Shown here piece after piece: positions 11,812-23,146 of a DNA stretch of 64,000 bases (positions are counted from its first letter, which is position 1; every line of letters starts with the position of its first letter). Source of the stretch: Paraspadella gotoi. Taxonomy: Eukaryota; Animalia; Chaetognatha. The stretch covers positions 2,122,677 through 2,186,676 of the forward strand of contig CM119271.1 of assembly GCA_051294375.1 (NCBI GenBank). Reading direction: 5' to 3'. The notes beneath the pieces are model-generated. The model did not search any database, had not been told where the DNA came from, and was given only the letters and a program-made list of their open reading frames with translations. The translations under genes and the position numbers were made by a program.

Positions 11812-14177
11812 TATTGTTATTATTATTGTTAATATTATTGTTGAATCATAACTATAAATGATTTTAAAGCCGAACGCGTAAGCCCCACGAAGAAAAGGCT
11901 AATTTTTTTACTCATAAGACAAGAGGACAAATATTCTGTCGAAAATAAAACCAACGAAACTGGATAGCGACAGGAAAGCGAAAGAGACTCGCTGAATCAA
12001 AAGAACAGTTGGCCTCGAGGGGACGAGGAGACCCACGCGGGTTTTCTTTTCACGGATGACCACCGATTCTGTGATTCCTCTCTCACAATTCTTCTCTCCG
12101 AACTCGAGCTTGGTTCATCTAAAACAACTGAACACTGCGGCGAACACCATTTTCACAAAAGGCAATAACAAAAAAACAAAAAAAATATAAAAATTCTAAT
12201 CTTAATTTTTTAAATAATATTCCCATAATTTTTTTTAAATATTAGACCGAATAATAATTTTAAAAGTTAAAAGCCAAAAACGAAGGCTTTTCGTCCAAAC
12301 CTGCAACCCCGTCTGACACTTGGATATGTGCTCGTAATTTTTGCTCTCCACGGATCCGTCCGTCGGATCTCGGACGAGTATGTCGTTGACGCCGACTTGG
12401 AATATGACGGCGCGCGGATAAACAGCGCCTGGCGGCGACGGACGACGACTGGAATCTTCGGCGACGGAAGTCGTCGTCGACGCCGCCTCGTTAACGACGC
12501 CGCTTCGCCGCGATTTCTCCGCGACGGATTCTATCGACGTCTCGAAGCCGTCGGAAGCGACGGGTTTTTCCGACGAGACCTCCGTCCCTGCATCGGCGGC
12601 GTTGAGTCTCTTGACGCGGCGCTTCTCCATCTTGTGGAGGCAATCGTCGATGAGAGAATCGGGACCCTTGTGACCGGAGACGCGGAGGCGCCCCAAGAGC
12701 TGCACCTCGAAGTTGTCGTAGACGAGGGGACGAGAAGGGAGGGACCCGTCGCCCACGGAATCCGTATCGCGTGAGCAGGAACCCGATCTGTGAATTTAGG
12801 GTAAGTTTTAATAATACTATTGTGGCGGTATATTCACACCGCCTCACGTCCATCATCGTTCAGCCAATCCCATTGACTCAGAGCGTTGTGTTGTGTTGTG
12901 TTGTGTTCCTTCCACAGTCCTAACGACTTGCCTCTGCGTTGGCAAAGCGAGACCGTCCTAGGGTAACCGCGCCAGTGACTGGAGGCGTCACTGACGGTCG
13001 GCAGCCCCCAAAGTCAACAGTGAATGGGTATCACAGGCAACCCGGCTGTTGCCATACTATCTTCCCTTCCCTTCCCACACCACGATCCCCCGTACCTGAG
13101 CCTCGACTCCGCGGCGGTGGAACTCGAATGGGCGCATCGGCGCACCAAGTTGAAAATAGCAGGAACGACGTCCTCGGTGTAGCCGAGGAAGACGTAGCAG
13201 GTGTAGGGCATCTCCACGTTAGTGGCGTTCTTGGCGATGTAGGCGAAGCAGAGCTTGTCGCCGTGAAGGCGGACGAAGCGGGAGATGGTCGTCATTTCGT
13301 GTTCGAAAAGGACGGATGAATCCATCTCGGAGACGGCGCGGAGGAAGACGCGCTCCTATTATTTATTTAATAATGTTAAATCAATAATAAATAATAAATA
13401 AAGAAATACGTATGGAGTACAGGGCCTGATACCAACGCCCACCTGCGGGGCCTCCACGGCCGGCGCTCCGGGCGGCGGATAATTCACGGCGGCCACGGAC
13501 GTGCCGGCAATTGCCGAGAGGACAACGGGCGTCGTCGTGCCGATCCTTCGCATCTCGGCCATGACCCAGGGCTGCAAATCGGAAGGGTAGCGGCGATCCA
13601 TCACGGAATTCCCCAAATAGGCCACGCGAAACATTTTGGCCGATGACGGAGAGTCCTTGCGGACGGCATCGGAAAAAACAGTGCCGGAAGCTTCGGGTTC
13701 CACCGCCGTTTGTCCGCCATCCTCGACGGCGGCGGCGCCAGCGCCAGCGTTTTCGCACCCATGTTCCTCGAGAAATGAGACTGTACGGCGTCTCGGGCGA
13801 GGCGCGGCGTCGGTCGGGCTGGAATCGTCGAAGATATCCTCGTCGTCGGCGGTGTGGGCGTCGTTTGTCTCACCGATCGAATCCCGTCGAAGATCGCCGA
13901 TCATCTCGTCGTCGACGCTCTCCATCTCCCCACCCCCTCCTCCTCCTTCTACCGTCGATTCCCGCGAATACATCGCGGCTTCCTCTCGTAAAAGCGAGGC
14001 GGCGATAGAGGCGCCGCCGATGCTGGACGTCGAGGCCATGGAGATCCCGTCCACCTCCTTGACCTTCATGGCGACGCCGTTGAGGCTAGATGCATCCCCG
14101 CTTTCCGGTCCCGTTACCAAAGGTCGTCGTATCGCGGTCGGGGATGAGGTTTTAGTCAAATCGATTTTCGACGCCAT
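8574..14177 (-). CDS. TBC1D1: TBC1D1/TBC1D4 (AS160, pollux)-like Rab-GAP with PTB, TBC and coiled-coil regions
   Basis: PTB exons (FRVAYLGN, DHFGFI). TBC domain has ILIDLSRTFP, VGYCQGLSF and FAASWFLTLFASQFPL, followed by a coiled coil. Co-ortholog of TBC1D1 and TBC1D4. Confidence 0.93.
11771..11807. repeat. (GA)n microsatellite in a TBC1D1/4 intron
   Basis: Seen directly. Confidence 0.95.
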
Positions 14178-14664
14178 GATTCCATCTCGACTTTAAAATT
14201 TTACGGGCGGCGGGAGATTTGCAGTGTCAATACCTCCTTTTTTGACTTTTAATACAACCGAGTCCGTTAAATGAAGTACTACGCCGTCATTTCTCCCAGA
14301 GTAAATAGAGAAAGGAAGGCAATACTTTTTTTTCCGTCTTTCTTTGGTTTGATTTGGTTGCGATTCTTTTTTTTTTTTTTTTTTTAATCACAAGCGACAA
14401 TACTGATTTGGTAAAGTTTGCGAAGACTTAACGTTGATTTGGTTTTAATTACTTCGATATCTTGTTTGGTTTTTTTTTCTCGTGCGTCGTGGGGTAGAGG
14501 GGAAGAAAAGTAAGAAGGCGAAAGACAAGGCACTAATAGGCTAACGTAACTAAGACCTGGAAAGAGTAAAGAGAAAAACGAAGAGCTTAAATTAAAACAA
14601 AATCGAGTTAACGTAATTAACGGATTCAACTAACGAATAATAACAACGAAATAGAGACAGAGTG

Positions 14665-17600
14665 TCAGTTCGAGGCCGAGGTCCGCTTCCTCACGGACTC
14701 TAGGATTCTTTCGAATCTCAGTTCCGCGATTCGCTTCTCGAAATCCCGTTGCTCCGGTCGCCAACCGAGGACTTGCTTTCGCCCTAAAATAGGATTAAAT
14801 CAAAATTATTGTCTAGTATGTAAAAATCGAATAATTTTGAAATGAAGCAGTCAGTCCCCATATAAAATATTAAGCACAATTATAAGCCCACAAAATTCTT
14901 AAATGGAAGCCTTAAACCACCATATCCTGTCCAAAGTCAGGGAGCAAGATAGGTTATTTATTAAATCATTGGACGTACTAATTTTATGAAATTAAATAAA
15001 CCTAACAAAACAATGGGTTCCCTCACCGCGCAGGAGATTCCTATGCGCCAACCGCCAATCGCCTTCCGATTCCCTCGCGTCGACGATGACGGCGAAAACG
15101 TCGCTGAGCGCCAAGAAGGAATCTTTGTTCAAAGACTTTCGCGAGCCGATCGGACGACCTTTTCCGCCCACGGAGAAGTAGGTGTTCAAGTCCAAGCGGG
15201 CCGATCGAATCCCGAGCCTGAAGGAGGGATATTAAATAATAAATTTTAATGCATAGTATTCAAATATTATGGGAGTGAATAAATAAGACTGTGAGAGTCT
15301 TGATTGAAAGCTTGCAAAAACATGCTATGTTATTATCTTGTAAGTGTGATGGAGGCATTAAACCACCAAAGCCTGTCGAAAGTCAGGGACAAGATAGCTT
15401 ATTTATTAAATGATTGTTTAATTTTTATATTGGTTGTACCAATTTCATAATAATTGTCGATTGTTACTCGTTTCTTCATTTATTAATTTAGTTATAAATT
15501 TAGAAGAATTACAAAAACCACAAGAACCACCAGGACTACTCAGAACCGATAATAAAAAGTCATCGGTAAAGGCCGCCGTCTCGTTTATTCCGATGACCAA
15601 GAAAATCGAACCTTCCTTCCCCCCCCCACCACCGGTGAAACCCTGGCCTCTCTCTTTCTCCCTAACCTCTCAGCCTTCTCGTAAGTGACGTTCCGCGTTG
15701 GTTCCAGAGAATCCACGCAGGCGCCAAGAACGAAGACGTCCTCGTGCCGGAAACCCCCGGCCGCGCCCACCACGTCCGGCGAATCCGGGGTGAGGTAGAC
15801 GAGCCGCTCGAGAGGAAAGAGTTCCGAAAAGCATCGCGACGAGACGTTCCAGAGGAAATCGGGGAAATGGGAGAGGAGGCCGGCGGAGGCGGAATCATCC
15901 GCAGAGGCGTCGAGGTTGCAGAGAAAGAGGTTGAAAGGCTCGCGGAGAATTTGGTTGAGAGCGTAGAGCTCCTTCATCTGTCAAGTTTCAACTTGAGATT
16001 AAAGTCTTATAATTTTTTTTTTTTTTAATAAATTGATTTTTATTATTGAAGTCAAAATCACAAATGCATTTAAAGAAAGTAAATGTAGAAAAATGTTAGC
16101 TAAGACATCACATCATCGTAAATTAGTAGTAAACCTTTTTTTTTTTTAAATTTTCAATAATACTCTAAATATAGAAATATTATATTGAGGTATTTATTAA
16201 TTAAAAACTCATCACAGGGCGACACTCCGGACGAAAACGAACAAAAGTAGTAACAAACAAAAACAAAACGACATCGATTATTATACAAAAATCCGACTTT
16301 GCTTAAAATGAAATAAAGGTGGTCTCAAAGCCAAAAAGACCAAAACTAATATCCCAAAATGAAAGCCCAAACTCGCCTGGCTGTAAAAGGATCGCAGCTC
16401 CTTCTGTTGCATCCGGTAGGGAAGTCCCAGATCGACGACGATCGGTTGGCCGAAGCGGAGTCCGTAGAGGGAGTTGAGATCGGCTTCGTCGACTAGGAGA
16501 CTGTGGAGGAGGTTCGAGGGCGTCACGAGCGACTCGAGTGCGTCGTCGAAGGTGGGCGAGTTCGCGGAGAGATCACCGGGGCCGACGCGGTACTGGAGGG
16601 TAAATGAATGAATGTGGCAGTTTTGTTAACGAATCGTCGAGAATGTTCAATTTTTTAAATTAAATCAGAGGAGGATTTAGCCTGCCGTCCAATTCTCCTC
16701 TTTCTCTTCTTCTTCTTTCCTCCTCCTGCCCCTCAGTATATTTTGTCTAGCGATACATTCTTTAATTTTTACTCTTCGCGAAATATGCCATTATTTTCCC
16801 TCTATTTCTTCACGCCTTCAATACCCCTCAAGTAAATAATAGACACATGGAATATATTTATTCTCGGTGGCTGAGATAAAACTTACCTTGTTGACGAAAA
16901 ACCTCTTCTGATCCAAGGTCTCCAACTTGTCCCAAATCAGACGCTCCCGCCTTTCTTCCTCATCAGTGGCACTGGCGTAGATCCCCGCCAAATCATCCTG
17001 CCCGCCCCCATCTCCCGACCGTCGGCTCGCCGCCATCCTGCGGTCAAACGTCCGCCGATCAAGACTCCGCGGAACTCGAAAGCCGAGACTCCGCAGCGCC
17101 CGCCGCTCGATCTCGACGACGCGGCGGAGCGCGGCCTCGTCGCCGGAACTACGAAAGGCGTCGCAAGCCAACCGCAGCAGGCGGCGGGAAAAAAAAGACG
17201 AGAGTTCGGAGAGATCATCTCCGCTGTTTTCTGGCGTCAATCCGAGTTTTTGATCTAAATCTAGTGACTACGACTTAAAAACATCTCGTTTCAAAAAAAA
17301 AGTTTGAGCAAACAATGTCGCATCTGTCTACGATAATTAAGCAGTAATAAGCTAATCCGATGATAAATCACAGTAATATTATCTGACTTTCAATTTGTGA
17401 TCATAACAGATCATAACAAATCGTAACATAACAAATCATAACAGACTTGCATAATTTGGTCAACTTGCAGTCATTTGAATATTTTGGTCTACTGGCATAA
17501 TTTGGTCAATCAAAAAATCAATCAATCAGAGATAGATATAGGGAAAATTTTAAAAATTCAAGTAAATATCTTTTGGTTTTCTAATTTAAACACTTTTCCA

Positions 17601-20600
17601 CTCCTACGATTCCATCAAAAATTTATATCCAGCTTAATCACATACATTCCTACCCACACACAAAATTTAATTTTAATTTCTTTATCCAATCACGAGTAAT
17701 TATATTTTAATGCAAAGTTGAAACGGACGGACGGACGAACATTTTTTTTTGCATAATTTTTCATAATTCGATGTTCTGATATGATAAAAATTATTTGCTG
17801 ACAAGATTTTGGGGTGGGATATATAATAATTATAAGTTAATATAAGTAAAATTACTTGAGTTTAAATGGAAAAAAAACAAAAGTAATATTTTTTTCATTT
17901 CCACTCGCATGATTCCATCGAAACTTTATATCCGACAAAGAGAATTATAGAATCGGAATCTGCGATAAAAAAAAAGACTTCACTCTCTAAGGGTAATAAC
18001 TAATAAGGGTATAACAAAGTCCTCCCTTTTATTTCCAATTATGACTACTGAAATGCGTCTGTAAACTGTACAATGTTCATAGACTTTCAGAAAAAAGACT
18101 TTATATTAATTTCCTTTCTTTTCGTTGTTTTTGCAAATTAGAGAAAGACAAAGTTTATTTGTTTATGTACAGAAAAAAGACTGAAAAACCTATTCTAGAC
18201 GCCAAATGTGCCATGTACTTTATTAAATCGCTTTCTCAATGGAGGTGCAAAAATATTTTTTTAATGTATTTTTAAAATCAAATAATTTAAATGTGGGAAT
18301 CGTTTATAATAATTTTTTATAACATTTTATTTTATAATCTCATTTTATTTTAAGTAACGTTTATGGACAAAGAGACCTTAAAGTGTGAGAGAGTTACATA
18401 TGTAGCAGTTATTAAAAACTACTTAATGCCCTTTACAGTAGAGATCTACTAATCAAATTAATTATACGAAAATTATTTATTTATACGTCTGATTAAGTGT
18501 GCGAGCGTTTTTTATGAAACTCGATGTCTGTATATTTCTAACTTTTGGGACTGCTACTACCAAATTAAAATCAAAAGTAGCAGGGTCAAAACTTTAGTCT
18601 TGATGTCTACTTTCAGGTAGAAGAAGAATTTTTTTAAAAATGTCAATTTAAATGCTCTTCTTGTTGCTATCAAAATTACTATATTACTAATACTATATAA
18701 TGATAAAAATATTTTTTAATCAATCTTGAAGTTGAAAAAGTTGAAACAAAAATAGAATTACAACTTTTAAAAATTCTTATCTATGTTTTCTTTGTCAAAA
18801 TTTAAAAAAAACTGACAAAATTATCGAAAGATGATGATGATGATAATTTTTAATAGTTTTTCTTATTTTTTACCCACTTAAGAGCAGATTATCAAATAAA
18901 GAATTATACTTAGTGTAGACACTTCTTGCAAGCTGCCTGAATCCGATCTTAAAATAAAAAAAATTAAATTTTTTAACCATTCCTATCTATAAATACATAT
19001 TAAAAATTAAATATATAGGGTATAGTCATGTTAAAATTTTTTTGTCCATCTTAATTTTTTTAAAAAATGTATAAATATTCGTTTAATTAAAAAATTTGAC
19101 CCAACTTGAGATAAAGACCCCTATTTACAGAGTACGAGCCTTCCGCAAAAAAGGTTTCACTTTGTTTTAGAAGCTACCACATCTCTCGACCAATTCCAAA
19201 ATTTTTCTGCCAACTTCTCGTCGTTGGCCTCTGGAGTGTACAGCGGATGTGGCTGACAATCAGAATAATAAAGACCAGATTGAGCCTCAAACTCCTCGGA
19301 TACGGCGCAGCATATCGAGGTTTGAGCTCCACCCTCAATGGTCTTGAAAAAAAACATCAAAGGATTGTAATCGTTAAACCAAGGAATTGAAAATAGGTAA
19401 TGATCAAAATAACCTCTCAATAAATCCGTGGCAATAGCGCCTGGATGAAGAACGTAAGAATTTACTCCGGTCCCTGCTAATATTTTTGCAAGATGCTTGG
19501 CAAATAAAACATTTGCGAGTTTAGAGTTAGAATATCGAAAGTTGTTCCTTTTTGGATTGTGAGAAGCAAACAGTCGAAAATAAAAAGGCAATGATTCAAA
19601 TTTATTTTTCTCAAAATTATTTTTCCCGTCAACCAACAAATCATCAAAATCTTTAAAAGCAAAGGAATTGGCAAACATATAACCCATAGAGGAAACAGTA
19701 ACAACCCTGGCACCAACCCCTGATTTTTTTAGCTCATCAAGTAAAAGGTTAGTCAAATAAAAATGACCAATATGGTTCGTCATTAGGGTCTGTTCAATTC
19801 CATTTTCATTTTGTACAAGGCCCCCAAATGATACTCCAGCATTGTTGATAAGAATATCTAATCTCGGTTCATTTTGTTTAAATATTTTCACAAAACTTTT
19901 AACGGACTCAAAGGAAGATAGATCCAGCGGCATAACCACCACGTTTCGACTACCCGTCGAGCGCTCAATATCCTGTGCTGCATCTTTCCCCTTCCGAGCG
20001 TTTCGACAGGCCAAGATGACGCGGGCGCCACGTTGCGCCATGTCCATCGCCGTCGATTTGCCAATGCCTTTATTTGCGCCAGTCACGATCACGGTTTTTC
20101 CATCCAATCTCGCGGCGCTGGAACAATTTGGTCCAGCAAAAAACACAACGTGGGCAATGTAAAGAAACGCGTAGAGAAAAATGGGTAAGGTCACCGCCCA
20201 AAAAAATAATCTTGACATCTTGGCTTTTCTTATCGACAGGCATAAAATTCCCGAACTCTTGCTCAAACTATATAATTTTTAGTTTAAGTTTATGTTGGGC
20301 AGCATTCCAAGGATTGCTTATAAGTTTCCTATTTTAAAAAAAATGGGACAAAAAAGTGAAAGAAAGAGCAACAACTTGTATTTCTACGTGATTGGAAAAA
20401 AGAAAAACAAAAGTTCAACACCGTTTATCATGCGCTTGGGCAAGAGGGACTGTGGAGGGCACTACCGCATTCAACCCTACCGCAGTTTTAAGATAAATTT
20501 AAAAAAATAATGTTATGTACGACAAATAATATTGAAATTTCAGAAATAATATCGTCTGTTTCTCAACGGAAACAATTTTTAAACGATAAAGAATAACGAC

Positions 20601-20670
20601 ATATTTCGACTTAGATGAGCGCAAACCGTCCTCAAATACTGGCAACTGTCCTATTATTTCTTTGCCGGAA

Positions 20671-20730
<60 letters not shown>

Positions 20731-21255
20731 AAAATTTCAAAAAATAGCCGTTTTTTATCATCTAAAATATATTTTACTGTGTGAAACAATCGAATGTTTT
20801 CATGTACTTTACTAATCTCAAACAAAACAGACCGAAAGAAACCTAATGTCTAGAAATAATATTATAATAAAAATTACTCAATACTCATGTTTTTGTGGTT
20901 TGGTATTTTAGAGGGATCAGTATTCAGTATCTAACTTTCTATTAATTCATGATATTAGTGGCCATTGTGTAATCTTTTCTTTTCGTTGTGTTGTTGAGAT
21001 AGCAAAGAATTTTATTTAAAGTTTTCAAACAACGATAATAAAATTGTTGTTTGAAAACTTTAAATATTTTTTTTGTTATGATAGTAGTGATAAAAGCGAA
21101 ATCCGCAGGATCAACGCTAGGAGACAGCAACCTCGAGTTTTTCCGAGGGACCGCGCACTGAGGAGAAAGCCTCGACACGATACGGGGAAGAGAAAGTTTT
21201 TTCCATGGGAGGCGACGAGTGTGGACGATAAAAAAGGAAGAATCGCGAAAGACAT
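14665..21255 (-). CDS. TRMT10C: TRMT10C/MRPP1-like tRNA m1R9 methyltransferase, copy a. Core exons 14665-17260; putative presequence exon 21255-21132
   Basis: FGQPIVVDLG, EPFNLFLCNL, ELFPLERLVYLTPDS, DVFVLGACVD and GIRSARLDL. The exon near 17260 has no ATG. An upstream ATG exon (MSFAILPFLSS...RGFLLSARSLGKTR) splices in phase. Exon 1 is less certain than the core. Confidence 0.82.
14903..14973. repeat. Dispersed intronic repeat family, partial copy
   Basis: ATGGAAGCCTTAAACCACC...CCTGTCCAAAGTCAGGG...AAGATAG, shared with the copies at 15273, 34960 and 39135. Confidence 0.8.
15273..15449. repeat. Dispersed intronic repeat family copy
   Basis: GAGTGAATAAA..AGACTGTGAGAG..TCTTGATTGAAAGCTTGCA...TTGGTTGTACCAATTTCATA, aligning by eye with 34960 and 39135. 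Confidence 0.88.
17520..18020. mobile_element. Possible degraded Helentron/DINE-like non-autonomous element
   Basis: (GGAC)n at about 17724-17737, an imperfect direct repeat of about 40 bp (TTTCCACTC...GATTCCATC.AAA.TTTATATCC near 17595 and 17898) and an AAGGGTATAA end. Class and boundaries are inferred. Confidence 0.3.
19157..20218 (-). CDS. Retinol dehydrogenase 11/12/13-like short-chain dehydrogenase; intronless; apparently nested in TRMT10C-a intron 1
   Basis: N-terminal TM helix, TGANKGIG, LDLSSFESV, ILINNAG, NHIGHFYLTNLL, YSNSKLAN and GAQTSICCA. First ATG is at 20218; the ORF track start at 20266 is TTG. Confidence 0.93.
   Translation of the reverse strand: MSRLFFWAVTLPIFLYAFLYIAHVVFFAGPNCSSAARLDGKTVIVTGANKGIGKSTAMDMAQRGARVILACRNARKGKDAAQDIERSTGSRNVVVMPLDLSSFESVKSFVKIFKQNEPRLDILINNAGVSFGGLVQNENGIEQTLMTNHIGHFYLTNLLLDELKKSGVGARVVTVSSMGYMFANSFAFKDFDDLLVDGKNNFEKNKFESLPFYFRLFASHNPKRNNFRYSNSKLANVLFAKHLAKILAGTGVNSYVLHPGAIATDLLRGYFDHYLFSIPWFNDYNPLMFFFKTIEGGAQTSICCAVSEEFEAQSGLYYSDCQPHPLYTPEANDEKLAEKFWNWSRDVVASKTK
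20675..20728. repeat. (TC)n microsatellite
   Basis: Seen directly. Confidence 0.95.
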
Positions 21256-21469
21256 TGTCTTCTTTATGAAATAAATGAATCCTAAAAAAATAATGTAAAT
21301 ATATAAAATCTCAAAGCAGTAAAAACATCAAACTTATAAAAAAAAAAATACGATGATTAAAAAATATCACAAAGTGTAAAAATTTGGAAAAAGATAAAAT
21401 CGGTGAAACCAAAAGTCTTCAGTAAAAAAAATTGATCGATCACAGGTCAACGAAAAAAGGGGAACATCC

Positions 21470-22930
21470 TCACATCATCCGCAGACGCTGAACGACGACC
21501 GGTTCCGCTTTCCAGAACGAGGGAGTGGTGATAAACGTGCGATGGGCCAGAATCTTCAACTTTTCCCGCGGAAAGATGGCCGTCAACCTTTGGTAGAAAA
21601 GAGAAAATGTAGAGGAGATGCAGAGTAAAGGATCTTGCTCGTCGTTCGGCCCCTGACAATTCACGAAGTCCCGTCTCTTTAGGCCATATTCATTAATCTT
21701 CGACCCGTGTGCCAAGATGCTGTGTGGCTCATGAATTCTCACGCCGTACCCGTCTATCGCCCATTCCAACAATTTTGGGAGCTTGGCCACTCGTTCGGCT
21801 AACTCGAGGAAAGAGGAGACTTCGAGACTCCCGCCGAACATAAACTTTTGAAGTCGGGAAAGCTTGAAGGAGCCGACGGAGCCCCGCAAGAGTTCGTCGA
21901 AGAAATGAATCAAAACCATCGGGTTCGAATCATCGTAGCAAAGAATGGTCAAATTTTCCGTCCGCGATACGGCGTCGAAGAAGCGGCGGGTAGGAACCAA
22001 CTCAACTCCTTTGTCTATAATCCGTACTTCCAGTCCGTGTATGGGGACGTCGGGAGGGACGTGAGCATCGGCGTCGGCCGGAGAGTTCAGCAGAAAGGAA
22101 AGGCGCGTGTCATTGCGGAGCTGATGGAAGAGGGCCCACATGGATTCGTCCATGGGCGGATTGAGAACATTCAAACGCTTAATAGCGTGGACGATAAAAT
22201 GGTTGAGCCTAGGAAGACCCTTGGCCAAATGGAATAGCGATTCCGGGAAGAGGTGGTTCGTGGAGAGGCACAACTGTTCGAGGGCGCTAAAGGAGAAAAT
22301 CCATCGAGGAAAATAATTAACGTTGGTAAAGTGAACCACGTCCAAGGTTTTGAGGGCGAGAAAAGTCTTGTGGAGCATAACGTCGTATTTGTTTCCGGGG
22401 TCGAACAACCACGGATGATGTTCCAAGCTCAAATGGATGAGGGACAAATGCTCCAACTCGTAGCCGATGGGAATCTCTTCGTTAAAAAATAGCTTGGGAT
22501 TCATCACTAGCGAAAAGTAATGCTCCTCGTGGATGCTGTCGGTCTTAATCTGCGGGACCCTGGGATACAAATTGGGTCGCACTTTGGTCCCCGCGATGAT
22601 CAGCGACCTCATCTTGGTCCGGTCGCACAGTCTGGCGCTTCGAAAGATCACTCGAACTACGTCGACGGGATACAAATCCAAGATCGCCAAGACCCTGGCC
22701 CTGCGGCCGTGGCGTCGCACCATGTATCCATGGACTCGGTTGTTGTTCTCGTCGAGAACGAGGCTGCCCGAGAAGGCGTCCTCGAGAAAGACTCGATTCC
22801 AATGGCCGCAGACGCCGGCGCAGGCGATGCGAGAATCGAATCCGAGGTGGTCGAAGACCAGGCGAAGGACGTCGCCGGGGAGTTGGTGCCATTTAGACCA
22901 TTCCGTCGAGGCGTCGAGGGAGTCCGCCAT
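21470..22930 (-). CDS. F-box protein with degenerate LRR-like repeats; intronless
   Basis: 486-aa ORF with F-box WHQLPGDVLRLVFDHL...ACAGVCGHWNRVF and repeated LxxLxL motifs. Confidence 0.85.
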   Translation of the reverse strand: MADSLDASTEWSKWHQLPGDVLRLVFDHLGFDSRIACAGVCGHWNRVFLEDAFSGSLVLDENNNRVHGYMVRRHGRRARVLAILDLYPVDVVRVIFRSARLCDRTKMRSLIIAGTKVRPNLYPRVPQIKTDSIHEEHYFSLVMNPKLFFNEEIPIGYELEHLSLIHLSLEHHPWLFDPGNKYDVMLHKTFLALKTLDVVHFTNVNYFPRWIFSFSALEQLCLSTNHLFPESLFHLAKGLPRLNHFIVHAIKRLNVLNPPMDESMWALFHQLRNDTRLSFLLNSPADADAHVPPDVPIHGLEVRIIDKGVELVPTRRFFDAVSRTENLTILCYDDSNPMVLIHFFDELLRGSVGSFKLSRLQKFMFGGSLEVSSFLELAERVAKLPKLLEWAIDGYGVRIHEPHSILAHGSKINEYGLKRRDFVNCQGPNDEQDPLLCISSTFSLFYQRLTAIFPREKLKILAHRTFITTPSFWKAEPVVVQRLRMM

Positions 22931-23146
22931 GAGGAAGGCGACGCCGGAGGTAGAAATTATTTTTTGACGTTATTAATGTTTAGAAAATAGACAGTTCCTT
23001 TGAATCGGAAAAATACATTTTAAAACGTTAACCAGTAAATGTTCAATAATCGTAAAATAAAAATAACAATTTGTAAAAGATTGTATAACTTGAGCACCAT
23101 GTTAGCATATCACAAAGTAAATATAAAATTATAAAAATGAAACGAT

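Noticed and set aside
8805-14196. Many 100-250 aa plus-strand ORFs here and throughout the window
   Set aside because: They are antisense shadows of GC-rich minus-strand exons, with no recognisable motifs or independent splice structure.
19157-20218. Idea that the SDR nested in TRMT10C-a is its RNase P partner MRPP2 (HSD17B10)
   Set aside because: The TM anchor, NHIGHFYLT and GAQT motifs indicate the RDH11-14 group, not HSD17B10.
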